Below are positions 19,627-30,020 of a DNA stretch of 64,000 bases, piece by piece (the stretch's first letter is position 1; every line of letters starts with the position of its first letter). Origin of the DNA: Alphaproteobacteria bacterium (lineage in GTDB: Bacteria > Pseudomonadota > Alphaproteobacteria > CAAHEQ01 > UBA3637); the NCBI GenBank assembly GCA_017467335.1, contig JAFTSJ010000006.1, forward strand, positions 9,847-73,846, given 5' to 3'. The position numbers and the translations under genes were made by a program. The notes below the pieces were generated by a model. That model was not told the origin of the DNA. It made no database searches and saw only the letters and a list, made by a program, of their open reading frames with translations.

Positions 19627-19755
19627 TTTTTTCTCCTTTTACTTTTGATGAGCATAATACCTTTGTCAAAAAACGTCAAGAAGATAAAAAAAACTTGCAT
19701 ATTTATTTTTTTTGCCTATGATAGGGATGTATTTAATTTTTAAAAGGAGTTAACT

Positions 19756-19992
19756 ATGCCATCAGTTGTTAATGGAGATAAATGTATTTTATGTAAAAGT
19801 TGTGTAGAAGTTTGCCCGGTCGGGGCATTTCATGAAGGCGAAACACAAGTTGTCGTTAATCCGGATGATTGTATCGATTGCGGTGTTTGCATTTCAGAAT
19901 GTCCGCAAGGTGCCATTTCATCTGCCGATGAAGCCGATGAAAAATGGATTCAATTCAATGCTCAAAAAGCTACCGAATGGCCAAAAGCCTAA
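19756..19992 (+). CDS. 2x[4Fe-4S] ferredoxin
   Basis: Two CxxCxxCxxxCP clusters (CILCKSCVEVCP, CIDCGVCISECP). AAGGAG RBS. Confidence 0.85.
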   Translation: MPSVVNGDKCILCKSCVEVCPVGAFHEGETQVVVNPDDCIDCGVCISECPQGAISSADEADEKWIQFNAQKATEWPKA

Positions 19993-20004
19993 ACAAATCG
20001 GTTC

Positions 20005-20033
20005 AAAAAAGACGGGATATCCCGTCTTTTTTT
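20005..20033 (+). terminator. rho-independent terminator
   Basis: aaaaaaGACGGGatatCCCGTCttttttt. Confidence 0.75.
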
Positions 20034-20123
20034 ATTTATCATAAGTAATCGAAAAATATCATTTACTTTTCATACAAAATCATGTATAGAGTTACACATA
20101 ATCGTTAATCGAAGGAGATGACA

Positions 20124-22064
20124 ATGAAAGTAACGCTTGACACGCAAGAAATAATTAAATGGTTTTCTGCCCCTTTCAAAAAAAATGTATTTTGGCAATA
20201 CATTGCCGGTAATTTAGATATGATTGCCTCTATTACCGTAACGGTTGCTGCATTTTTATATATCTTCGGTTTACGGGTTCTAAATGTATTTGACACTGAT
20301 TTTGTTGTTATGGGTGGGGATTTTACCGTTTCGTATCTGGGAAGCGTTTTCTATCGATTAGATGAATGGCGTTGGCCATTACTGACACATTTAAATTTGG
20401 CCTATCCTTACGGTATTTCCGTTCACGGGACTGACGGAAGCCCCTTGTTATCTTTAATATTCAAAGTATTCCATAAATTTTTCGGATTGCCGGCAGATGT
20501 CCAATTTGTTGGGGTGTGGATGCTTATTTGTTATGTATTACAATCGGTTTTTTCGGTTCTTATTTTCAGAAAAGCATTTAAAAATCAATTTCTTATTTTT
20601 ATCGCCTCTTTATTTTTCATCTCAGCACCGATTATGCTGATGCGTGTTTTTGTTCATATCAACTTAATGTGCCATTTTATTTTATTGTGGGCTATTTTAT
20701 TGTGGATGAACAACAAATTAACTCGTTCAACATGGATAGCTATGGGCATTTTAATTACATTAGCAACATTAACCTGCCCTTATTTCTTACCTATGATTGG
20801 CGGTTTTTTCGGTATTTTAATTATTCAACAGGTTTTTGTTGAAAAACAAGTATCTTATAAAAAAGCAATTATCGGTATTATTTCATTAGGATTAGTTTTT
20901 GCTTTTTGGTTTTTACTATTAGGCATGGTTGAAAAAGAACAGGTTTTAACCAGCGGTGGTTGGCGTGGTTTAAGTTTGAATTTAACAGCATTATTTAATC
21001 CGATTTGGAGTGAATCACAAGTTTTTGAAAAATTAACCCCTAAGGCAGATTTTGATGCCGATAATTATTTCGGATTCGGATTGTTAATTTTGTTGGCTTT
21101 GATGTTTCCGCACGTCAAACACTTATTCAAGCATGAAAATTTGAAAAAAAACGCTTTAATTTCTTTATTATTACTTGGCTTTACACTGTTTGCTTTGTCG
21201 TCACAAATTAAATTCGGAACAACGGTTGTATTGGATTACAATCCAGGTGAATTTGTCAATTGGATTGGCAGTGTTTTTAGATATTCCGGTCGATTCTTTT
21301 GGCCGATTTGGTATTTACTGGCCTTCTTTATCATTGCTCGGGTTGCTAAGTCATTCCCCAAAGCCGTTTTTGTCTTATTACCGGTTTTATTAGCCATTCA
21401 AATTTGGGATTTATATCCGAATTATGTCAAAAAACACGACTTTGCAGCAACAACATTCAAACCGAAAAATTTTGTTTCAGAAGAATGGAAACGATTGGAT
21501 CGTGATTACAAAAATATCTTTATTTTTGCCCACAATGAAAACTACAAAGATATGTGGCGTTGGGCTATCAAACACAATAAAAACGTTAATTACGGTTTTT
21601 TAAATCGCCCGTCATCTAAAACACAAAAACTCGTCAATGACACAAGGGAGGCTATTTTAGCCGGTTCAGTCCCTTACAAAGATTATTTTTATCTGATTGA
21701 CGGTGATTTAATGAAAAAAATTGAAGATACGGCAAAAATCAATCCGGATGTTATGCGTTTAAAAAGCCTTATCAAAAATATTGACGGGTTCGATATTTTA
21801 GAATATTCCGAAGAACTGGCAAAAACCCAAAAGGAATTTCAGAAAAAAGAAATTTTGGTCAAACACCGTTATTGGGATGATAAAGTCATACAAATTTCTT
21901 CTTATCGTGTTTATCGTGATGTTGAAGGGAAATTCATCGACTATGCAACGATTCTGCGTTTTGATGAAGAAGCCCTTGACTTAAAATGGGATAAATATGG
22001 GGAAGAAAACTTTGTTAAACAATCTGATGGAAAATACCATCAAGTTATCAAAGATAAAAAATAG
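20124..22064 (+). CDS. polytopic membrane protein (GT-C-like glycosyltransferase candidate) with soluble C-terminal domain
   Basis: About 12 predicted TM helices in the first 430 aa. Start moved to the ATG at 20124, giving 6 nt spacing from GGAG. The C-terminal roughly 65 aa module is shared with the GT2 at 37795..38925. Confidence 0.5.
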   Translation: MKVTLDTQEIIKWFSAPFKKNVFWQYIAGNLDMIASITVTVAAFLYIFGLRVLNVFDTDFVVMGGDFTVSYLGSVFYRLDEWRWPLLTHLNLAYPYGISVHGTDGSPLLSLIFKVFHKFFGLPADVQFVGVWMLICYVLQSVFSVLIFRKAFKNQFLIFIASLFFISAPIMLMRVFVHINLMCHFILLWAILLWMNNKLTRSTWIAMGILITLATLTCPYFLPMIGGFFGILIIQQVFVEKQVSYKKAIIGIISLGLVFAFWFLLLGMVEKEQVLTSGGWRGLSLNLTALFNPIWSESQVFEKLTPKADFDADNYFGFGLLILLALMFPHVKHLFKHENLKKNALISLLLLGFTLFALSSQIKFGTTVVLDYNPGEFVNWIGSVFRYSGRFFWPIWYLLAFFIIARVAKSFPKAVFVLLPVLLAIQIWDLYPNYVKKHDFAATTFKPKNFVSEEWKRLDRDYKNIFIFAHNENYKDMWRWAIKHNKNVNYGFLNRPSSKTQKLVNDTREAILAGSVPYKDYFYLIDGDLMKKIEDTAKINPDVMRLKSLIKNIDGFDILEYSEELAKTQKEFQKKEILVKHRYWDDKVIQISSYRVYRDVEGKFIDYATILRFDEEALDLKWDKYGEENFVKQSDGKYHQVIKDKK

Positions 22065-22545
22065 CCCTAAAAATAAGGTTATCCGTTTGGTTACAATCGG
22101 CACTTGGTGTTAAGTATATTCTTATGTCCGATTTTGTAATCAAAATATACAAAAAAAAGAGTGTTTGTAGTTGATATAGCTACTCAGACATCTTTTTTCT
22201 GAACATATCTATTTTCGGTCTAATAATCAGTAACCATGGGTCATATACGAAAATATACTCAAAAAAAGAACCTTTTTCTATCAAAACAGAGCCTGATTGT
22301 GATTAAGAAAAATATTATATTGTTTTTACACCGGAAGACGATATGCTTTAAGACACCTATGTTAAAAAGATAATAAGATAATACAAATACCCCAAATTAA
22401 CCATAGCAAGCCATTAAATCTCTGTTATCAGAATGTAACTATTGAAAAAAAACGCATGTATCTGTTAATTGAGGTATTTTATTATAAAACTTATCTTTTA
22501 TTTTATGTTTTTTTATCTGTTAAGCGACAGACTTATTTAACGTAC

Positions 22546-22570
22546 AAAAAAAAAGCCCAAGAAGGGCTTA
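22546..22570 (-). terminator. rho-independent terminator of tRNA-Asn
   Basis: On the minus strand: AGCCCttcttGGGCT followed by a T9 run. Confidence 0.7.
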
Positions 22571-22576
22571 TTTAAA

Positions 22577-22651
22577 TGGCTCCAGCGGTAGGGCTCGAAC
22601 CTACGACCGATCGGTTAACAGCCGATTGCTCTACCACTGAGCTACGCTGGA
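22577..22651 (-). tRNA. tRNA-Asn (anticodon GTT)
   Basis: Hand-folded 75 nt cloverleaf TCCAGCG…CGCTGGA-G-CCA. Anticodon loop is CTGTTAA. Confidence 0.9.
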
Positions 22652-22796
22652 ACAACAAGATATATGTACACTATATTTTTACAAAAATCAAGTCTTTTTT
22701 TTTATTTTTTTATAATCGCTTCAAAAATGAAGAAAATCAAATAAGAGATCATTCAAAAATGACCTCTTATCGATGAGATACTTTATTAAAGAGAAT

Positions 22797-22925
22797 TTAG
22801 TCAGTTAATGAAGAAGCCGGCATTGGCGGTTTTATTGTATGATTCGTTTCCATTTCCCATGGGGCAAACAGAAAAATAATAAACAAACATAAAACCAAAA
22901 CAAACAATATCCAATATCGATTCAT
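22797..22925 (-). CDS. possible small membrane peptide (42 aa)
   Basis: Below the ORF-track cutoff. MNRYWILFVLVLCLFIIFLFAPWEMETNHTIKPPMPASSLTD, preceded by an AAGGAAGGAG RBS 5 nt upstream. Confidence 0.3.
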   Translation of the reverse strand: MNRYWILFVLVLCLFIIFLFAPWEMETNHTIKPPMPASSLTD

Positions 22926-23138
22926 AATTGCTCCTTCCTTTGTGGAAATGAGCATGAATTGAGCTAATGTCAAATATTTTTTACGTTTTATAGACCATGG
23001 AATTACAAAACAAATACACCCTTACTCATAAAGCAATACGAAACACATTTTTGTATTATATTTCCTCTCATCAGACAAAAAATACCCATATACTTTTTAA
23101 TATATGGGTATTCTTTAACACAGTACAACTCTATCGGA

Positions 23139-26100
23139 TTAGAATAAATATTTATAACCGACATTAACGGTATGACCGGTACTTGTTGAACTGAAATCGT
23201 AATCATATCTTAATTCCAATTCTGACACGTTATAAAGCCACAACAAAGAACCACCTAACGTAAAGACATCTTTATCCGTGTTTATACCGCTAACCGCAAA
23301 TGGCGTATTGTAATTGACAAATAAGCCTCGACCAGTCACAGCCGTATCACCAAATTCATGCGTCCAACGTGCATGAACTTCCGGTTTAAATTTATGGAAT
23401 CCATTTCCGTAATTAAAGGCAGCTTTAATTTCAACCGGCATTTGAATTGATGTCATATCATCGGATTTAACACGCAGTAAAGCCGTTCCTTTTCCCTTTT
23501 CAATAATCTCATCAGCTTCGATTTTTGTATAATCTACACCGATTTTAGGTGTAATAATGATATTTTGTGTTAACGGCATATCATATCCCATATCTGCTCC
23601 GACAGAATATGATGTAACATCAAAATCGGCTTTGGCACTTTCTACAAGTGAGTTAATCTTATGCGTTGATTCATTTTTGGTTTGCGTCCATAATGCATAA
23701 AAATCAAAAAACTGTCTTGTTTTTCTGGGACGATAATTACCGTAAACACCAACACCGTATGTTGTTGTATCTGTATCAATAACTTTATTGCTTTGTTCTG
23801 TCGAACCGGTAGCATACATACCCATCAAACCTAACGACAAAGACCCTAAACGCCGATCAATACCGGCCGTAATACCATAATTTGTCATATCATAACCGGC
23901 CATATTTTCAGTGTCATCTTGTGTCATTGAAACAACAAACGGTTTTGCCCATAATCCCCCTTTATCCGTTCGAGTATGACGCCGTCTATAATTGGCATTA
24001 CTCCAATTGGCATAATACGATTCATACCCCGGACGACCGTAATAATTCGGATTATAAACAGCAGGTACACGTTTCTGATATAAATTTTCAACATCACGAT
24101 ATGTACGCATTGCATCAAGTTCACTGATAGCACTTTGCTTAAATGCTCGTGTCGTCCTTAAAACAGCCTGCTGAGCATTTAAATATCCTTCAGGAGAATA
24201 TTCATCCATCATGCGAACGGCGTTATCGGCTGTTTGAGCATAAAAGACATTATCCAAAAACGGATCAATGGTATTAGAAGCAACGCTGTTATTTATTTGC
24301 GTTAATGCTTGGGCAATATTTCCAACATTTTTAGAATATTTTGTACTAGCAATACCTTCATTCAGCGTTTGAATACCCCCCACCTTCAATGTCAAGGTAT
24401 TATTTTGATTTTTAATTTCTTTATCCGTCCACAAGAAGGAAGTGCTCAATGCTTCCATATTGCCATTCAATTGGGTTGCACTCATCAATTCATATTCCGT
24501 ATTTGTTTGGAGTTCTCGAACAATAATACGAGTACCGTCTGCCAAATTAACCGTACCGGAAACTTCAACTTTGTCTGCTTCGGTTCCATCTGCACGCAAA
24601 TCCAAAATACTGCCTTGCTGCATGTTAATAGTTGCATGACCGCCATCAACAATATCATTTGCATCCGAAAAAGTCTGTTCAGATTGAACAACTTTCATCG
24701 TACCGATAGCTTTTTCATTCGTTAAGTGCGTTGAAACAGATAAACGACCACCCGTATCAATATCCAAAGCCCCTTGTTTTAAATTGATAACACCATCACC
24801 GGATAAATGACCACCCCGAGCGACATGAATACTCTTTCCAATGTTAACCACATTGTCCGTATCTTTATTCATAAATTCAAAAACACCGGATTGAATATTT
24901 AATTTATCAAAATCAGCATTTCGTTCAACACTCAAATTACCACCGGATAAATTTACAGTTGTATTGACAACATTTTCCCCTTGCTTCATAGCCAATTGAT
25001 TTCGAACAATCCGATTAACTTTCACATCTTCCGAAAAGATATTGACTGTTGTATCCGTTCCTAATTCCAAGCCTTGTTCATTGGCACTGGGCATAACGGC
25101 ATTATCGGCCGAATAAGTCGCATCAACGGCATGTTTTACGTTAAAAGTCCCTGACTCAACAACAATTCTGTCTAAATGGATAGTACCGGTTGAATCAATG
25201 CTTTTTCCTTGTCCGGCATCAATATCCAATGTTGTATTGGCGGCATCTCCACCCAATTCAACCATATCACCGACAAAATAATTTCCCTTTAAACGTACCG
25301 TTGTATTGGACCCGAATGTAATCTTTTCGGCTTCAACCGGATTTTGTATTTGTAAACCACCACCCAATAAAACAATATCATCAACCAAAATACTGTTTGT
25401 CGTTTTGTAAAAATGGTCATCACCATCTAAATCAACCAACAATTTTGTATTTTGAGCATTTTCAACTTTTCTAATCGGATCATGTATTATCACATCTGTA
25501 CCGACAAGACGCAACGAAGCATCCGTAGCAATATCAATTTGACCTTTAACATCATCTTGAGCCCATAATTCCCCTTGTTTAACCAAAATACTGTCAACAT
25601 TCATGCCACCGGCTAACCATCCATGATAATAGCCGTTTTCATCTTTTAACCCGACATCGGAAATCAACTGAACTCGATCTGTTTCATTTCTTTTAGTAAA
25701 CCCGCCTGTAAAAGCCCCTGCCGTCGTAAACAACGATTTATCGGCAATATCCGAGGAAGCTGATCCACCTCCTGAAAAAGTAGCAACCGAATTATCACCG
25801 ACAACAACAAACCCTTTAATATTACCGGCTGTATTAACCGTTGCCGTATTTCCCATAGCAATTGTTTCGGCATTTAATGTATGATTATCATTTATCAATG
25901 TACCTTGATGACCAAATTGCAGGATTTTTGTTGTTAATACACCATCTAACGTATTTGTTAATCGACTTGAATCCCCCAATGAAATATAATCTGTTGCCGT
26001 TACATTAGCCTTATTTGTTAATCGACCATTACCGTTAACAGCAATTTGTTTCGTATCAACCGTTCCCGCATTGACTTCAATAACACCACCGGTATCCATC

Positions 26101-27512
26101 GACAAAACATCTGTCTTTAATGTGGGGGCATAAATCGTTGCCGGTTTAACGATTTCTTCTACAACAATCAATTCACCAACACCGGAACTGCTTCCCGTTA
26201 CCGTTGTATCTAATGCAAATTTAGGTTGCATAATATCACCGTGTTCATAGGTGTTAAGTATAATTTGACTGTTTTGTCCCATTTGAAGCGTTGCATTTTG
26301 ACCGGCATTGGACAGATTCAATTGGCTACCGTTTAAATTCAATGTACCGCCACTTTTTAAGACCAAATTTTCACCGACATATTCACTGTTATTATTTAAG
26401 TTAACAGTACTGTTTTCCCCAAGCGAAGCATTTTTAATATTCATTGTCGCTGTTTGGGGAATTGTATTATACATATATTGTTCGACAGTTTGATTTCCGG
26501 CATCATCCTTACGTGTTATTTCTAACATTTTATAGTACGAATCTGCTGATGACATTCCCGAAACAGAATAGTCTGCCCCGTTTGTTAAAGTTGACCGAGA
26601 ACCCATTGCCAAATTATCAACATTTAATATGCTTCCCATCTCATTTAAAATTGTACCATTATTAGCAAATGACAGATTTTTTGTTGTAAATGTTGTCGGT
26701 GCGGAAACAGTCGAAGTTCCTTGCCCAGAACCTGTCCCCATTACGGTATCTAATTCATCAGATAAATTTGTTTCTTCATAAGAAATGGCTGTATTTCGTA
26801 ACGTACCGCTATCGCCGAAAATAAAAGATTTATTATCAACCGTGCTTCTATTATCAAAATAGCCCCCTTGGGCAAATTGAACATTATCCGTTGTCAAAGT
26901 AGCACTTGTATAAACTGGTCGGTATAATGATAACATGGTTGAAACTTCTGAGGAACCGGAATTAGCCAATCCGACATCTAAACGGCTCATAAAAACATTT
27001 CCATTGTAAAACTGACCGTTTCGCCCCAATGATATTAAATTACCTTTTTCCCGATTAACATCCGAAGCCAAATTCGAAAAAGAACCGGAATCATTAAAAA
27101 CACGAGCATTCACACCCAACAAAACAGAACCTTGCATGGACGCATTACTTGATTGATATTTTTCACCGTTTTCTATCAATGTTCCGTCTGTTTCTTCCAA
27201 TTGTACACGTTGAATTGTTCCTGTATTTGTAACATGCACTTTGACCGGTCTTGTTTGATACGGGGTTTCATAAATACCATACCCTTCACCTGTTACCTGA
27301 ATCAATCCGGTATTGATTAACTCCCCTGAAAAACTTTCAATACCGTTAATCCAAACACCATAGCCATCCTTTGTTGAAATCGTTCCGGTATTGGTATGGC
27401 TGGGATTAGTTTTGTTTAACTCAACTTGGGCATCAACTGTTTGAGATAACAAAACCGGTGAATAAAACACCGTACACAATAAACATAATGTTCGGAAAAA
27501 ACGGCTTTTCAT
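23139..27512 (-). CDS. large autotransporter (1457 aa)
   Basis: Signal peptide (MKSRFFRTLCLLCTVFYSPVLLS). Long T/N/G-rich beta-helix-like passenger domain. C-terminal autotransporter barrel ends …GHTVNVGYKYLF. Confidence 0.8.
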   Translation of the reverse strand: MKSRFFRTLCLLCTVFYSPVLLSQTVDAQVELNKTNPSHTNTGTISTKDGYGVWINGIESFSGELINTGLIQVTGEGYGIYETPYQTRPVKVHVTNTGTIQRVQLEETDGTLIENGEKYQSSNASMQGSVLLGVNARVFNDSGSFSNLASDVNREKGNLISLGRNGQFYNGNVFMSRLDVGLANSGSSEVSTMLSLYRPVYTSATLTTDNVQFAQGGYFDNRSTVDNKSFIFGDSGTLRNTAISYEETNLSDELDTVMGTGSGQGTSTVSAPTTFTTKNLSFANNGTILNEMGSILNVDNLAMGSRSTLTNGADYSVSGMSSADSYYKMLEITRKDDAGNQTVEQYMYNTIPQTATMNIKNASLGENSTVNLNNNSEYVGENLVLKSGGTLNLNGSQLNLSNAGQNATLQMGQNSQIILNTYEHGDIMQPKFALDTTVTGSSSGVGELIVVEEIVKPATIYAPTLKTDVLSMDTGGVIEVNAGTVDTKQIAVNGNGRLTNKANVTATDYISLGDSSRLTNTLDGVLTTKILQFGHQGTLINDNHTLNAETIAMGNTATVNTAGNIKGFVVVGDNSVATFSGGGSASSDIADKSLFTTAGAFTGGFTKRNETDRVQLISDVGLKDENGYYHGWLAGGMNVDSILVKQGELWAQDDVKGQIDIATDASLRLVGTDVIIHDPIRKVENAQNTKLLVDLDGDDHFYKTTNSILVDDIVLLGGGLQIQNPVEAEKITFGSNTTVRLKGNYFVGDMVELGGDAANTTLDIDAGQGKSIDSTGTIHLDRIVVESGTFNVKHAVDATYSADNAVMPSANEQGLELGTDTTVNIFSEDVKVNRIVRNQLAMKQGENVVNTTVNLSGGNLSVERNADFDKLNIQSGVFEFMNKDTDNVVNIGKSIHVARGGHLSGDGVINLKQGALDIDTGGRLSVSTHLTNEKAIGTMKVVQSEQTFSDANDIVDGGHATINMQQGSILDLRADGTEADKVEVSGTVNLADGTRIIVRELQTNTEYELMSATQLNGNMEALSTSFLWTDKEIKNQNNTLTLKVGGIQTLNEGIASTKYSKNVGNIAQALTQINNSVASNTIDPFLDNVFYAQTADNAVRMMDEYSPEGYLNAQQAVLRTTRAFKQSAISELDAMRTYRDVENLYQKRVPAVYNPNYYGRPGYESYYANWSNANYRRRHTRTDKGGLWAKPFVVSMTQDDTENMAGYDMTNYGITAGIDRRLGSLSLGLMGMYATGSTEQSNKVIDTDTTTYGVGVYGNYRPRKTRQFFDFYALWTQTKNESTHKINSLVESAKADFDVTSYSVGADMGYDMPLTQNIIITPKIGVDYTKIEADEIIEKGKGTALLRVKSDDMTSIQMPVEIKAAFNYGNGFHKFKPEVHARWTHEFGDTAVTGRGLFVNYNTPFAVSGINTDKDVFTLGGSLLWLYNVSELELRYDYDFSSTSTGHTVNVGYKYLF

Positions 27513-27759
27513 TTAACCTCCTTGGACAATATACTTTTTGTGTTTTAACATACTTTTTACTCAAGTGCAAGCATGAATTGATATTTTTTCAAAAAAATCA
27601 ATCTGTTAACCTTTTATTAACCTCTTAAAGTAATCCATTGAAACAATTAAATATTTTTTCAAAATTAAAACAATATAAAAAATTTTACAAAAAATGATTG
27701 AAAATTTTTGTAAATATGTTAAACTGGTAGAAAGGATATAATTTCAATTGGAGGAACGT

Positions 27760-29805
27760 ATGACAGGTAATCTTGTTGATTTTGCTTTTTACATACCTCA
27801 ACGATGTGAAGCAGGACATACCAGAACATGCTATGAGGAAGCATATGATGATGCAACGGGCAAACCGTTAAGTTCTGGTTCGCCCGTAATAGGAACGCCA
27901 ACTATTGGTTATGGTTTAGCGAAAGGACATAGTGTTATTCCATTTCCTGCCGGCAAGATAACGGAAGAACAAGCCATTGATTTTGCAAAACAAGAATTGG
28001 CATACAAAGTCAATGAAATGTGCCGAAGACAATTTAAAGATTTTGACAATTTACTACCTTGCTACCAAGCAGCCATCTTATATACTACATTTCAAGGAAC
28101 ATGGAAATCCATTCAAGATCTAGCAAATAATGGCGACATGATGGCTGTTCACGAAGCTATTACAAACACACCTAACAAAGAAGCATCAGCCGTTCTGGGT
28201 CGTGCTATTGAAATGGGGATAATGGTTGAATCAGTTAAAAATGCCTATCCGAATGCCGATCCAAGACAAGTTGCTCATATTTTAGCGAACGAAATGATTA
28301 GACGCTATGCTGATTTAAACGGAACGGACTGTGAATTAACTAAGGATGAATTAGCTTTATTATACCGAACATGTATGGCAGCTTGGGGAATAGAAGTTTC
28401 CGAAGCAGAAATTGAACAATTTGCTCTTAGTTTTGAAAATGTTGCCTCAGGTACGGCCGGTATCGGCAGTCAACAGCCGGCAACATTATTTAATGGTCAT
28501 ATTCCACAATTAAGTCCACATCAATTATATCAACCAAGAACACAACAGATACCGGATTTTTATTCACCCCAAAACATTGCACGTATTCAAGGACGATCAT
28601 ATGTAAACGGGCAACCGGGTTCTTTTGGTTCCGGTGATTATCGCAGACCTTATATTTATATTCCGGAAGCCATTGGTCCAAACAAATTTGAACCGGATTC
28701 TAAAAAATTAAAAGTTTCAACTGCTGATACATCCCCTAATTATTCCAGTCGCTGCGGACATCGTCCCAGAATGATTGTTATACATACAACAGGCAGTCCA
28801 CATTATGGAGCAACAAAAAACACTTTTCAGAATCCCCGTTCCGGTGTCAGTGCACACTATGTTATTAAACCGGACGGAAAAATTATGCAATACTTACCGG
28901 AAGGTGTCAGAGCATGGCACGCCGGCGATTCAAATTTTCCGCCATTAGGTTTAAACAACGGTTGTAATGCTGATTCTATCGGCATTGAAATTGAATGTCC
29001 TGACGGACAAAAACCAACACCGGAGCAAATTGCTACAACCATGGCTTTAACTAAAGATATTCAAGAACGCCACGGTCTGGTTAGAGATAATAACGGCAAT
29101 TTGATTAAAATGCCTGTTGTCGGACATTCTGATATTGCCTATGCTCGCAAAGTTGATCCTGGGGAACATTTTCCTTGGGGAGCGTTCGATGCCGAAGGGA
29201 TTTCCAATCCAGCACACCGCTTAGCGACAACACCCCAAAGTAATGATCCAGTATTAAATGCTATTCGTAGTACTGATTGCAACCAATACATTACGAATCA
29301 ACCAGAAGAAACACAAACAACAAATACCCAAACAACGTCTGAAAGCAGTATCGCCCAAGCGGAAAAAGAAAGAAAACGTCAATATGCCGAACAAGCGATA
29401 GCTTCAGCTGCTGCAACAGCGGTTTCTGCCGTACATGCTGAAGAAGCTAAATTAACTTCTCGTCTTCGTGAAGCTGAATTGGCTGGTCAAACACCGGATG
29501 AAACACAATCAGAAAAGGCCATAGCCACAAATACATCAACAGAAGAAGAAACAAAAGAAACAGAAAAATCCGGCAAAAAAACGGCGAAAAGGAAAAAGAA
29601 ATCAGGCGGAAAAAAGAAAGCTCTTGCCAAAAACAATGAAATGGAAGAAAAGCAAACAGATACAGACAAAGAAATCGAAACGGAAAAACAAATGGATGAC
29701 ACACGTCTTGCTGATGCAACTTCCAAAAAACCGATTGGTACACCAATTAAAGATACCCCTCCCGTTGAAAAGACAGTTGCGGATAACGGAAAAGGTATAG
29801 CGTAA
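27760..29805 (+). CDS. fusion protein: lysozyme-like N-domain + N-acetylmuramoyl-L-alanine amidase (amidase_2/AmpD-PGRP type) + K/E-rich tail
   Basis: Start set at the ATG 5 nt after GGAGG. N-domain reads E…YDDATGKP…PTIGYGL (T4/GH24-like spacing). Amidase motifs are IVIHTTGS…SAHYVI…WHAGDSN…SIGIEIE…VVGHSDI…KVDPGEHFPW. No signal peptide seen. Confidence 0.7.
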   Translation: MTGNLVDFAFYIPQRCEAGHTRTCYEEAYDDATGKPLSSGSPVIGTPTIGYGLAKGHSVIPFPAGKITEEQAIDFAKQELAYKVNEMCRRQFKDFDNLLPCYQAAILYTTFQGTWKSIQDLANNGDMMAVHEAITNTPNKEASAVLGRAIEMGIMVESVKNAYPNADPRQVAHILANEMIRRYADLNGTDCELTKDELALLYRTCMAAWGIEVSEAEIEQFALSFENVASGTAGIGSQQPATLFNGHIPQLSPHQLYQPRTQQIPDFYSPQNIARIQGRSYVNGQPGSFGSGDYRRPYIYIPEAIGPNKFEPDSKKLKVSTADTSPNYSSRCGHRPRMIVIHTTGSPHYGATKNTFQNPRSGVSAHYVIKPDGKIMQYLPEGVRAWHAGDSNFPPLGLNNGCNADSIGIEIECPDGQKPTPEQIATTMALTKDIQERHGLVRDNNGNLIKMPVVGHSDIAYARKVDPGEHFPWGAFDAEGISNPAHRLATTPQSNDPVLNAIRSTDCNQYITNQPEETQTTNTQTTSESSIAQAEKERKRQYAEQAIASAAATAVSAVHAEEAKLTSRLREAELAGQTPDETQSEKAIATNTSTEEETKETEKSGKKTAKRKKKSGGKKKALAKNNEMEEKQTDTDKEIETEKQMDDTRLADATSKKPIGTPIKDTPPVEKTVADNGKGIA

Positions 29806-29824
29806 TAAAATAAACAAAATCTTT

Positions 29825-29851
29825 AAAGCTACCGTAATCGGTAGCTTTTTT
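29825..29851 (+). terminator. rho-independent terminator
   Basis: AAAGCTACCgtaatcGGTAGCTTTttt. Confidence 0.7.
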
Positions 29852-30020
29852 GATATTCAATATATACATGTACACGTGGAATAAAATCATAACTTATGCA
29901 AATTTTTTCATTTAAACCGTTTTTATGAAAAAGACAAACTTTCGGATATTTTTCTCTTGATTTTTTGAAAAAATATCGCCATACTACTGCTGTATTTCAT
30001 TTTATTGAAGGAGTTTCACT

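Noticed and set aside
23882-26665. ORF-track entries inside the 1457 aa autotransporter (23882..24127, 23924..24133, 24309..24725, 24442..24639, 24485..24691, 25664..25873, 26308..26493, 26444..26665), and 23003..23206 at its 3' end.
   Set aside because: These are shadow ORFs within or overlapping a much longer and better supported gene.
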